Positions 7,416 to 15,031 of a DNA stretch of 20,000 bases are shown in pieces; position 1 is the first letter of the stretch, and each line of letters opens with the position of its first letter. The notes beneath the pieces are model-generated. The model made no database searches, was not told where the DNA came from, and worked only from the letters and a program-made list of their open reading frames with translations. The stretch lies in IMG/VR virus record IMGVR_UViG_3300035698_025391; one strand, given 5' to 3'. The position numbers and the translations under genes are program-made. The DNA comes from an uncultured virus (IMG/VR IMGVR_UViG_3300035698_025391) (lineage: Duplodnaviria; Heunggongvirae; Uroviricota; Caudoviricetes).

Positions 7416-7761
7416 ACTCTTTCCACACACACACGACGGTGATCAAATCAGCATCGAATTCGATTGTGAACCTGAGCGTGATGCTTTCCAACGAGCGTTG
7501 GAAATTGTGAAACTTGCCATCAACACTAGAAATTGGCAGTGGGAGTCGAGTCGCCTTTTCGGAGTTATGGTACTTACCAATGGTGTGGTCTTTACTACTA
7601 CACTTCAAAAAGAAATGGCCGAGAAGATGGTCAATGAAATCCGTAAGATCACCGGACTCACAGTCGCCAATTTCTGGAGTAAAGACAGCAGTACATTATT
7701 GCGGGCACCAACTCAAAGTGAGCGGGACAAATTCATTAATAAAAAGGAAACCGTAAAATGA
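7405..7761 (+). CDS. hypothetical protein (start uncertain: ATA 7405 or TTG 7498)
   Basis: Frame open from 7399 to 7761; AAGGA at 7391-7395. Confidence 0.55.
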   Translation: MPYKLFPHTHDGDQISIEFDCEPERDAFQRALEIVKLAINTRNWQWESSRLFGVMVLTNGVVFTTTLQKEMAEKMVNEIRKITGLTVANFWSKDSSTLLRAPTQSERDKFINKKETVK

Positions 7762-8612
7762 AAGCCCAAAACCTTACCATCAGCATACCCGACAAGGGGT
7801 GCGACAAGGACTGTCCCTATTGTATCAGCAAAATAACCTGGGCCCCACCAATAGATGATCGTACGATGGTTCGAAATCGGGGCAAAGTCCGTAAATTGGC
7901 TGATACGGCCAATGTCACCAGTGTACTGATCACTGGAAAAGGCGAACCTTTCCGCAACTGGCCTGGACTGATATATTGGGCTCAAGCCTTTGGTGATCTT
8001 CCTGTGGAAGTACAGACCAACGGAGTGGCCCTGTTCAAAAGGTATGAAAAGGTGGCCAATCCGTCTCCGATCGAAACATTAAAAGAGGCTGGGCTGGATG
8101 TCATAGCCTTTTCCATAGACACTTTGGAACAGTTTAGGCTGTACGAGCCTCTGTTTGCCTGTATCGCCGATTATGGAATGGTTGTTCGGGTGTGTATCAA
8201 CCTCACCAATAAAATCGGCTACTATACGGACGCTATTGTGAAAGTGGTCCTGGAGGTAGGAAATGTCCGCCAACTTCTTTTTCGGAACATTTCATATCCT
8301 AGAATGAGTCCCGTTTATACGTCAAAAGCCCTGCCTACGCAAATGGACTGGATTGAACGACATACGGATCAAGGAGCCTATATGAAAATGGCCCAAGGTT
8401 TTCATGGTCGTATGGCGACACTCGGCAAAAAGCCGATCAGAGTGCTACCTGAAACAGGTGTGGAAATATTCGAAGTTCGTGGACTTTCAGTGTGCTTCTC
8501 CGACTATTGTATACAACAGGAAAATCGGATGGAAGATATACGGTCATTGATTTTTCACCAGGACGGACACGTCTACACAAGTTGGGACAGTCCGGCCTCA
8601 ATACTATTTTAA
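7758..8612 (+). CDS. radical SAM protein
   Basis: CDKDCPYC (CxxxCxxC), ITGKGEP, QTNG, FSID motifs. Confidence 0.92.
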   Translation: MKAQNLTISIPDKGCDKDCPYCISKITWAPPIDDRTMVRNRGKVRKLADTANVTSVLITGKGEPFRNWPGLIYWAQAFGDLPVEVQTNGVALFKRYEKVANPSPIETLKEAGLDVIAFSIDTLEQFRLYEPLFACIADYGMVVRVCINLTNKIGYYTDAIVKVVLEVGNVRQLLFRNISYPRMSPVYTSKALPTQMDWIERHTDQGAYMKMAQGFHGRMATLGKKPIRVLPETGVEIFEVRGLSVCFSDYCIQQENRMEDIRSLIFHQDGHVYTSWDSPASILF

Positions 8613-8623
8613 GGGGTTATGTG

Positions 8624-8923
8624 ATGGAACTTAAGTGTAAAATCAAAACGATTTATTTAGTGGAACAGGCCGATCTCGAAAAGTTCGTCATGCATCATAT
8701 GAACGTAGGGGAATTCAATGTGGCGTCCATAGAAGAGTTGTCGAACGGAGTTATGGTCCGCTACAATGTTTCTGCGGATGAACCAAGTGAGGATATGGAG
8801 GAATTGAAAGAAATATTCGGCAAAGAAGACCCGCCGCAATATTGTACCAGAATGATCCTCAAATATCTGTGCTTCAAAGGCTTACTCCCTGCCGGTGAGT
8901 ACGTCATAGATGTGAGTTGGTAG
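8624..8923 (+). CDS. phage hypothetical protein
   Basis: AAGGGG RBS; ends ...LCFKGLLPAGEYVIDVSW. Confidence 0.75.
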   Translation: MELKCKIKTIYLVEQADLEKFVMHHMNVGEFNVASIEELSNGVMVRYNVSADEPSEDMEELKEIFGKEDPPQYCTRMILKYLCFKGLLPAGEYVIDVSW

Positions 8924-8931
8924 GAGCAACC

Positions 8932-9201
8932 ATGATACACGTCAAAATTTTCAATGAGAATAAAGCATCGGACTACTTCTATGGTGCGACGCAAGTCTTT
9001 CCATTCATAGTGTATCGCTGTCATTGTGGATATGTAACCAATTATGATTATTTTGACGTGTACAGGATAGCCCTTCGTAAAATAAGATATTGTAAGGAGT
9101 GCAAGAGAGTACTTCCCGTAATAAAAGATTTAGCTCCTGGAGGTAAATCAAGAGCTTACAGATTGGGATTACACGGTTATCACCATGATATATACACGTA
9201 A
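8932..9201 (+). CDS. zinc-ribbon microprotein, array copy 1
   Basis: AGGAG RBS; MIHVK..CHCG..CKECKRVLPVIKDL..RLGLHGYHH. Confidence 0.75.
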   Translation: MIHVKIFNENKASDYFYGATQVFPFIVYRCHCGYVTNYDYFDVYRIALRKIRYCKECKRVLPVIKDLAPGGKSRAYRLGLHGYHHDIYT

Positions 9202-9418
9202 ATATAAACAGACAATGTTAGCAAAGAGGCTTTACTTCACCTGCCACCACTGTAAGGTTACATTCGCATCTTTCGGATATGAGGCCCGTAGTTGTGAAGG
9301 GTGTCACGCCGAAAAGCCAATCATAAATGATCTTATTGACTCACCTCTTCGCAGGCTAGCTTGGCATAATAAACCAGCAAAGGAAGAGCTGGACACTAGA
9401 GAGAGATGGTTCATATAA
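9185..9418 (+). CDS. zinc-ribbon microprotein, array copy 2
   Basis: FTCHHC..CEGCHAEKPIINDL..RLAWH. Confidence 0.75.
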   Translation: MIYTRKYKQTMLAKRLYFTCHHCKVTFASFGYEARSCEGCHAEKPIINDLIDSPLRRLAWHNKPAKEELDTRERWFI

Positions 9419-9435
9419 TTTTAAAGGTGGCGTAC

Positions 9436-9648
9436 ATGATAAAAGTGGAGGCTATAGTAAAAAAAACCATTATACCCCATTTTAACATAAAGTGTTATTG
9501 TGGTCACAGACAGAAGACCCACTTTAATATGATAGATATGGTCTTATATTGCAATAGCTGTAGTGCAAGGCTACCACGTATAAGCCACTTGCTCGCAATA
9601 GGCGGGTCAAGTCTTTACAAATCTACATGGCATTTTAGTGGAAAATAA
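9436..9648 (+). CDS. zinc-ribbon microprotein, array copy 3
   Basis: AAGGTGG RBS; MIKVE..CYCG..CNSCSARLPRISHL..KSTWH. Confidence 0.75.
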   Translation: MIKVEAIVKKTIIPHFNIKCYCGHRQKTHFNMIDMVLYCNSCSARLPRISHLLAIGGSSLYKSTWHFSGK

Positions 9649-9650
9649 GA

Positions 9651-9878
9651 ATGATTCAAATAAAAATAAATTCAAATTCCAATCAAGTTACTTTTATCTG
9701 CCATTGTGGGAGAATACAGCAGATACCGATAAGATATTATAGAGCTGGCATGTGGTGTGCCAAGTGCCAGAGTAAGGTCCCTCAATTGTATCGTTTAATG
9801 TCCAAACGGAACAGCCAAAACTTCGTCAAATTACGATGGCACAAAGGGAGTGTATGCTATGTTGCGTGTAGGATATAA
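9651..9878 (+). CDS. zinc-ribbon microprotein, array copy 4
   Basis: MIQIK..FICHCG..CAKCQSKVPQLYRL..KLRWH. Confidence 0.75.
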   Translation: MIQIKINSNSNQVTFICHCGRIQQIPIRYYRAGMWCAKCQSKVPQLYRLMSKRNSQNFVKLRWHKGSVCYVACRI

Positions 9879-10065
9879 GCAGGCAGATAATTACATATTC
9901 AATATGTGCCCATACTGTTTTAAAGTCATGGCTGTTGTAATGAAACAACCTATAACTATTTACAGAAAATGTTACCATTGTGGAAAATACCACGTAGAGC
10001 CAAAATCAATGTTCCGAGATCCATTTGTCAGAGTACAATGGCATTATGACAAGGATATAATATAA
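9859..10065 (+). CDS. zinc-ribbon microprotein, array copy 5
   Basis: GGGAG RBS; CPYC..CYHC..EPKSM..RVQWH. Confidence 0.75.
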   Translation: MLRVGYKQADNYIFNMCPYCFKVMAVVMKQPITIYRKCYHCGKYHVEPKSMFRDPFVRVQWHYDKDII

Positions 10066-10067
10066 TA

Positions 10068-10292
10068 ATGTTATATATAAAGGTATATCCAAAACGAAAG
10101 ACTTATTTTAAAGGCACCATGGGTGTCAAATCAACCTTTTCCTGTTACAACTGTGCGGCAGTGTACGCCAACTATGGATTACAAGTGACATTTTATTGTC
10201 CTGACTGTAAAGAGGAATTACCTGATGCTCATTTAATTAGCACAAATAGCCTACATAGGACATGGTGGCATAGATCCCCGGAGGTCCCGTGA
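10068..10292 (+). CDS. zinc-ribbon microprotein, array copy 6
   Basis: MLYIK..FSCYNC..CPDCKEELPDAHLI..RTWWH. Confidence 0.75.
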   Translation: MLYIKVYPKRKTYFKGTMGVKSTFSCYNCAAVYANYGLQVTFYCPDCKEELPDAHLISTNSLHRTWWHRSPEVP

Positions 10293-10549
10293 TACAAATA
10301 ACAATCGAAAGAGAGGCTGATTTCTCTGGTGATTTCCAGATGGAGTACAAGTGCCCCCATTGCTGTCTAACACTGTATATGTTCATAATGGAAAACGAAC
10401 CAGGGTCAGTCCAATACGATTCAGTATTATGGCATAGTGGTATGTGGGGACCTGCATATTTTAAATGTAGGTACTGCCACAAACCTATACCAGAGGTTCA
10501 TCCATTGCCAGGTAGTCCAAACTTTAGAAGGAAATGGCACAGGTTATGA
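10289..10549 (+). CDS. zinc-ribbon microprotein, array copy 7
   Basis: GGAGG RBS, GTGA overlap; YKCPHC..CRYCHKPIPEVHPL..RRKWH. Confidence 0.75.
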   Translation: MIQITIEREADFSGDFQMEYKCPHCCLTLYMFIMENEPGSVQYDSVLWHSGMWGPAYFKCRYCHKPIPEVHPLPGSPNFRRKWHRL

Positions 10550-10836
10550 TATATTTAGGAACCGTAATAACATTAAAGTATTATAAACCTTTAGGAAAGC
10601 GAACAGTTGCTGTAGGTGCCGAGCTAAGGCAAGTACAAGAGACGATAAGAAAGAACTATGGGGATATTAATGATGGCAATACTTACGAATTTGCTGTTAT
10701 TGAGTGGATGCATGACCGTAGTGGTGCTTATCCTGTTCCTACTCAAGCCGACTGGTTCAAATTTGAAGATGATAGATACGTGTCAATTGACGGCCCGCCG
10801 GAAGAACTCAAAAACATAAGGTGCTTCTACGGATGA
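10546..10836 (+). CDS. hypothetical protein (not of the zinc-ribbon family) embedded in the array
   Basis: ATGA overlaps on both sides; no CxxC. Confidence 0.7.
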   Translation: MIYLGTVITLKYYKPLGKRTVAVGAELRQVQETIRKNYGDINDGNTYEFAVIEWMHDRSGAYPVPTQADWFKFEDDRYVSIDGPPEELKNIRCFYG

Positions 10837-11069
10837 TACAAGTAGCTCTTGAAAATTCACATTGTGGTGCTGATACACAAATGCAAAGGATGACATTCAT
10901 ATGTCCTGGCTGTAAGTTTGTCCATGGTGGATTTTATAACAAGGCCATCCCCTATTCCTGGTTTAAGGACTCATGTCCCTATTGTAAAGTGATTTGGCCT
11001 AATATTAAAGCTTTGTTACACTATTCAAATACACGTCTCGCTTACCATAGAAATAGCATAATAACATGA
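10833..11069 (+). CDS. zinc-ribbon microprotein, array copy 8
   Basis: MIQVA..FICPGC..CPYCKVIWPNIKAL..RLAYH. Confidence 0.75.
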   Translation: MIQVALENSHCGADTQMQRMTFICPGCKFVHGGFYNKAIPYSWFKDSCPYCKVIWPNIKALLHYSNTRLAYHRNSIIT

Positions 11070-11070
11070 G

Positions 11071-11556
11071 GTGAAAATGCCTTTAAGAACTTATAAGGCC
11101 ACATTGTCATATCCGTTGAGAGCTGTGAGTGTATGTCATGCTTACGGTAAAGCGGTGGATGTATTAGTGACCTTTTGTCGTGATGTCGTAAAAGAGACAA
11201 AAAATAGGGTATTTGCCCACTTCTATTGCCCGTATTGCAGCGAAATCCACACCTTTGAGCTCTTAAAAAGCAAATTGCATTGTGGTCCTGAACAAATACC
11301 ACTGTTTGCTGAGGATACCAAACCGATATTGGAAATAAGAGTATCACCAGAGAACCCGAGTGTATGGTCAAAACTCGCCTGGCGATGTCCACATTGTGGT
11401 GAATGGGACCATTCATATGGCAATTCGGACGTACTTTGTGGTGCATGTAACAATATGATTCCGGACGTTCTGATAATGTTGGGCTCAAGATCTGAAGGGC
11501 TAGCAATTAAGGAACGTTTGGACTACCATAGAAATGGAACGGATTATACCCCATGA
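11071..11556 (+). CDS. extended zinc-ribbon protein, array copy 9
   Basis: Extra N-terminal FYCPYC region, then WRCPHC..CGACNNMIPDVLIML..RLDYH. Confidence 0.75.
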   Translation: MKMPLRTYKATLSYPLRAVSVCHAYGKAVDVLVTFCRDVVKETKNRVFAHFYCPYCSEIHTFELLKSKLHCGPEQIPLFAEDTKPILEIRVSPENPSVWSKLAWRCPHCGEWDHSYGNSDVLCGACNNMIPDVLIMLGSRSEGLAIKERLDYHRNGTDYTP

Positions 11557-11735
11557 TAAAAGTAACAGACAACGGAATTTCTTTTGGAAAGGTAAGGGAA
11601 GAGCTACCGCAGGAAGATTTAGATGAGATAGCTCGCATGTTCGAGAGATTCGAGCACGGTATAGTATTTGATGTGGAAGGGGACGATAATTATGGGCAGA
11701 CAATTATGGACGAGCGACGAACACCTGAACCATAG
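11553..11735 (+). CDS. small acidic hypothetical protein
   Basis: ATGA overlap; 60 aa. Confidence 0.55.
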   Translation: MIKVTDNGISFGKVREELPQEDLDEIARMFERFEHGIVFDVEGDDNYGQTIMDERRTPEP

Positions 11736-12246
11736 AAACATTATCCAACATTGTAAACGGCCTTGGGATTGGAACAGAATTGGCTGTGATAGGATGACTA
11801 AACATATTATTGAACAACAGAATGACTTACTTAAACCCGGTGACACATTGTATCACGTAGGTGATTGGGCTTTTGGCAGTACTAGCAACATCAGACCTTT
11901 CGAACTTTTAATGAAGCGTATGAGAGACGATGTTACTCATCATCTTATTTTAGGAAATCACGACGAATTGAAACCGTTCACCTATGTGAACATCGGCTTC
12001 ACGTCTGTACATACTGCTCTTAACATTCGAGTGGGTGATTACAATGCTTTTCTTATTCATGATCCATCAGCATGGGTATGCCTGCCTGAAGGAGCACTGC
12101 TACTGTTTGGGCATGTTCACAACTTTTTCAAGACTATTCCCGGACGGTTGGCCGTCAATGTAGGTGTTGATGTCTGGGATTTCAAACCAGTCGCCGAGGA
12201 GCAATTGTTAGCGTTTCTAAACTCGACCGGATCACCTGGTGAGTAA
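11692..12246 (+). CDS. calcineurin-like metallophosphoesterase (phage type)
   Basis: TSDEHLNH, HVGDW, LGNHD, FGHVH, VNVGVDVWDFKPV motifs. Confidence 0.92.
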   Translation: MGRQLWTSDEHLNHRNIIQHCKRPWDWNRIGCDRMTKHIIEQQNDLLKPGDTLYHVGDWAFGSTSNIRPFELLMKRMRDDVTHHLILGNHDELKPFTYVNIGFTSVHTALNIRVGDYNAFLIHDPSAWVCLPEGALLLFGHVHNFFKTIPGRLAVNVGVDVWDFKPVAEEQLLAFLNSTGSPGE

Positions 12247-12409
12247 AACCTAAATAGGGAAAGTGGGAGTTTGGTGTAGCGGGGCTGTACTGAACAAAAA
12301 CTACAACATGAAGCACAAGGAGGAATTATGAAATAGCGTCGGTAGGCACAAGTTTTTTGAGGTCAAACACAACCAAACGTCAATGTACTGCCAACAGGAG
12401 GAACGTCAA

Positions 12410-13675
12410 ATGAAAGTCAGCACAATTGTAAAAATGTCGGTTGTCTCCGCCATTATCATCGTATGTGGCATGTCGCTCAGCAATGTTATCGAAACCGTGG
12501 AAAAGGGTACCTATCAGGTTAAACAGGCCGCCATCACCGGAACCATGTCCGCCAAGATGACACCCGGTCTGTGGTTCCAGAACTTCGGTGATATCACGCC
12601 CTTCCCCACCCAGGAGACCTTTTTCTTCACCTCCGACGCTGCCGAAGGTTCGGCCCATGATCAGTCGGTGAAAGTTCGTTTTAACGATGGCTCCGGTGCC
12701 CAGATCTCCGGTACGCTTCGTGTTATCATGCCCGCCTCCTCCCAGGATGCCATCGATATGATGGTTATGCGAGGCTTTAAGACCTACGGCGATGTCGAGC
12801 AGAAACTGATTCTGCCCACCGTACGTAATGCCCTGCGAATGACTGCCAACCTGATGACGGCTCGCGAATCCTACAGCGAGAAGCGGTCCGACTTCAACAG
12901 TCATGCCTGGAATCAGATCGAAAACGGCATCTATGAAACCGAAGAAAAATGGGAAACCAAGAAAGATCCGGTCACCGGTATCGAATCATCGGTGAAAGTC
13001 AAGATTCCCAAAGTGGATTCCAGCGGCAACGCCATTCATCAGGCCAATCCCCTTGAAGGTACCGGGATCTCCCTGGCCAACTTCGAGATCAAAGACTTTG
13101 TCTACGAAGGCAAAGTTAAGACCCAGATCGCCGAACAGCAGAAAGCCCTGATGGCCGTGGCCACCGCCCGTGCGAATGCCGAAAAGGCGAAACAGGACGC
13201 CCTTACCACCGAGGCCCAGGGTAAGGCCGATGTTATGAAAGCTCGTTACGAGAAAGAGCAGGAAAAGATCCAGGCAGTCGTTACGGCGGAAAAGAACAAG
13301 AAGGTCGCCGAACTGGATGCCGAGCGGGCACTCCGTGTGGCCGAGTTTGATGCCAAGTCCGCCGCCCAGGAGAAGAAGGCCAATATCCTGCGTGGTCAGG
13401 GTGAAGCAGCCCGTAAGAAAGCCGTTATTATGGCTGATGGTGCCTTGGCCCAGAAGCTGAAGACCTATGAGCGTGTTATGGGTATGATGGCTGACGCCTG
13501 GAAGACCCGACCGGTGCCCCGTGTGATGGTGTCCGGCGGTTCCGGTGGATCGGGTGGAGGTGGTTCCGTCAGTGGGATGGACGCCCAGAATGCTCAGTTC
13601 ATGACCTTCATGAATGCCATGATGGCCGAAAAGCTTGGTCTGGATATGACCATTCCGACCGCAGGCAGTAAATAG
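12410..13675 (+). CDS. SPFH / band 7 (prohibitin-flotillin-like) membrane protein
   Basis: AGGAGG RBS; N-terminal hydrophobic anchor, SPFH-like core, long Ala/Glu/Lys coiled coil, Gly-rich tail. Confidence 0.8.
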   Translation: MKVSTIVKMSVVSAIIIVCGMSLSNVIETVEKGTYQVKQAAITGTMSAKMTPGLWFQNFGDITPFPTQETFFFTSDAAEGSAHDQSVKVRFNDGSGAQISGTLRVIMPASSQDAIDMMVMRGFKTYGDVEQKLILPTVRNALRMTANLMTARESYSEKRSDFNSHAWNQIENGIYETEEKWETKKDPVTGIESSVKVKIPKVDSSGNAIHQANPLEGTGISLANFEIKDFVYEGKVKTQIAEQQKALMAVATARANAEKAKQDALTTEAQGKADVMKARYEKEQEKIQAVVTAEKNKKVAELDAERALRVAEFDAKSAAQEKKANILRGQGEAARKKAVIMADGALAQKLKTYERVMGMMADAWKTRPVPRVMVSGGSGGSGGGGSVSGMDAQNAQFMTFMNAMMAEKLGLDMTIPTAGSK

Positions 13676-13697
13676 TGATAGTTCCTGCGACATGATC

Positions 13698-13729
13698 AAA
13701 AAGGGGTGGGCAATCGCCTGCCCCTTTTT
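13698..13729 (+). terminator. intrinsic terminator (possibly bidirectional)
   Basis: AAAAAGGGGTGGGC-AATC-GCCTGCCCCTTTTT. Confidence 0.85.
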
Positions 13730-13800
13730 CCAAGTCTTCACGTGCGAATAAACTAACCTCTATAAGAACATCTAACATTTTTACGTAGGAGGGCTCACAA

Positions 13801-14337
13801 ATGTTCGTAATGACTATATTTTATTTTGCGTTGGCAATTTGCGTATTACTTTCTCTTTACAAATTCGTCCTCAAACCCATCATCGAAGCCGAAAATAAGA
13901 AAGAGGTTGAAGAGAGGAAAAAGAAGGACGAGATCGAGGCCAAGGCCCTCGCCCGTCAGGCCAAGATGATCGGAAGTGACATCACCGAAGACATCAAAGT
14001 CCGCCTCATCCAGCTTGAAGAGCTTTCAGCACAGTTACAGACTCTTTCGCACACCAGCCTCGTTGCCCAACGCATTGCCGAAGTCACGATAGCCATCAAC
14101 ACGGTCAAGAGGGACATTGGCATCGCCGATGCCAAAGCTGCCGAAGTAGAGGCTACCAGGCTTGCTGAAATAGCAACCGCTGAAAAGGCTGCTGCCGAAG
14201 AAAATTTCGACTCTCTCGATGAACTCGATCTGGAAGAAGTTCCTGAAGAAATTACGGGGGAAACAGATTCAACAATTCCCCGACCCAAACCATCGGTCCC
14301 TGGCTCTGTGAAGGAACCTGCGGCCAAAAAGCCGTAG
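13801..14337 (+). CDS. membrane-anchored coiled-coil protein with acidic/Pro-rich tail
   Basis: AGGAGG RBS; N-terminal hydrophobic segment. Confidence 0.8.
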   Translation: MFVMTIFYFALAICVLLSLYKFVLKPIIEAENKKEVEERKKKDEIEAKALARQAKMIGSDITEDIKVRLIQLEELSAQLQTLSHTSLVAQRIAEVTIAINTVKRDIGIADAKAAEVEATRLAEIATAEKAAAEENFDSLDELDLEEVPEEITGETDSTIPRPKPSVPGSVKEPAAKKP

Positions 14338-14363
14338 TGACCTCTGTGGTGGGTGAGGATTAT

Positions 14364-14440
14364 GGAGAGGGTAGGCAAAAGGTTAAGCCGCATGGTTGTG
14401 GCCCATGTGATTGCGGGTTCAAGTCCCGTCCCTCACCCCA
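14364..14440 (+). tRNA. tRNA-His(GTG)
   Basis: G-1:C73, CATGG-TTGTGGC-CCATG, GCGGG-TTCAAGT-CCCGT, encoded CCA; A2:A71 mismatch. Confidence 0.92.
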
Positions 14441-14446
14441 CACATT

Positions 14447-14593
14447 TTGTGTATTTTTGTCGTTGGTTCCCCTGGAGATGGGAACATCTGGCTCGGCATT
14501 TCGTGGAGTCTTCCAAGTCGAAGAATAAATGAAGACCTGACCTCTCCGACACAACAGTTGGTTTCTTAGTAAACCAACGACGAAAATACACAA
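14447..14593 (+). ncRNA. candidate structured RNA closed by a 22-bp stem
   Basis: TTGTGTATTTTTGTCGTTGGTT (14447-68) pairs with AACCAACGACGAAAATACACAA (14572-93), one G-U; internal stems. Confidence 0.55.
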
Positions 14594-14629
14594 CACAAGC
14601 AAATGTAATATGTCCTGCTCCAAGTTTAG

Positions 14630-14709
14630 AGTATGGGGAAGGTCAGTCTAATGGTAAAGACTACCGCTCAGCGGATGATATTGAGTCGGCACCAATCTCC
14701 TCTCATACT
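14630..14709 (+). ncRNA. degenerate tRNA-like element with shrunken anticodon arm
   Basis: D arm AGTCT-AATGGTAA-AGACT; CCGC-TCA-GCGG; ATTG/CAAT T-like stem; AGTATGGGG/TCTCATACT closing stem. Confidence 0.45.
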
Positions 14710-14730
14710 ACACGAGAAAGGATAAGCATT

Positions 14731-14940
14731 ATGGCAATGCCAAAAAAGGGTACAAGGCGGATAGTGGTAGATGGTAAGACATACAAGTACAGAACCAGGC
14801 CGCTAACGAAATTTGACAGTGGTCGGAATGGTGGAGTGCTTATCATAGAAATGGGCAACAGTGATTATGTGTCAAGGGATATAGATTACAGGATCACACC
14901 AGCAGTTGTTGAAGAGGTCATTCGATCCGTCGCAACATAA
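14731..14940 (+). CDS. small basic hypothetical protein
   Basis: MAMPKKGTRRIVVDGKTYKY...ITPAVVEEVIR. Confidence 0.75.
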   Translation: MAMPKKGTRRIVVDGKTYKYRTRPLTKFDSGRNGGVLIIEMGNSDYVSRDIDYRITPAVVEEVIRSVAT

Positions 14941-14941
14941 C

Positions 14942-15016
14942 GCCCCTGTAGCTCAGCCTGGCAAGAGCATTCCGCTACGAACGGAAAGGGCGGGAGTTCA
15001 AATCTCTCCAGGGGTT
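14942..15016 (+). tRNA. tRNA-Arg(ACG)
   Basis: GCCCCTG/CAGGGGT, GCTC/GAGC, TTCCG-CTACGAA-CGGAA, T loop TTCAAAT; CCA not encoded. Confidence 0.93.
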
Positions 15017-15031
15017 CAAGGAGTTAATAAT

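Noticed and set aside
8932..11556. CRISPR array, DGR or integron cassette explanation for the paralog array
   Set aside because: No nucleotide-level repeats or attC-like spacers (genes abut or overlap), and no RT, integrase or cas gene in the window
12380..13741. Long minus-strand ORFs (174 and 251 aa) opposite the SPFH gene, and other minus-strand ORFs
   Set aside because: Antisense shadows of codon-biased + strand genes; no RBS or recognisable motifs
14337..14528. ORFs overlapping tRNA-His and tRNA-Arg (14337..14528 and the 5' part of 14906..15196)
   Set aside because: Translations of tRNA sequence rather than real coding regions
14664..14674. TCA loop as selenocysteine or opal-suppressor anticodon
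   Set aside because: Loop is only 3 nt, with no long variable arm or proper T loop
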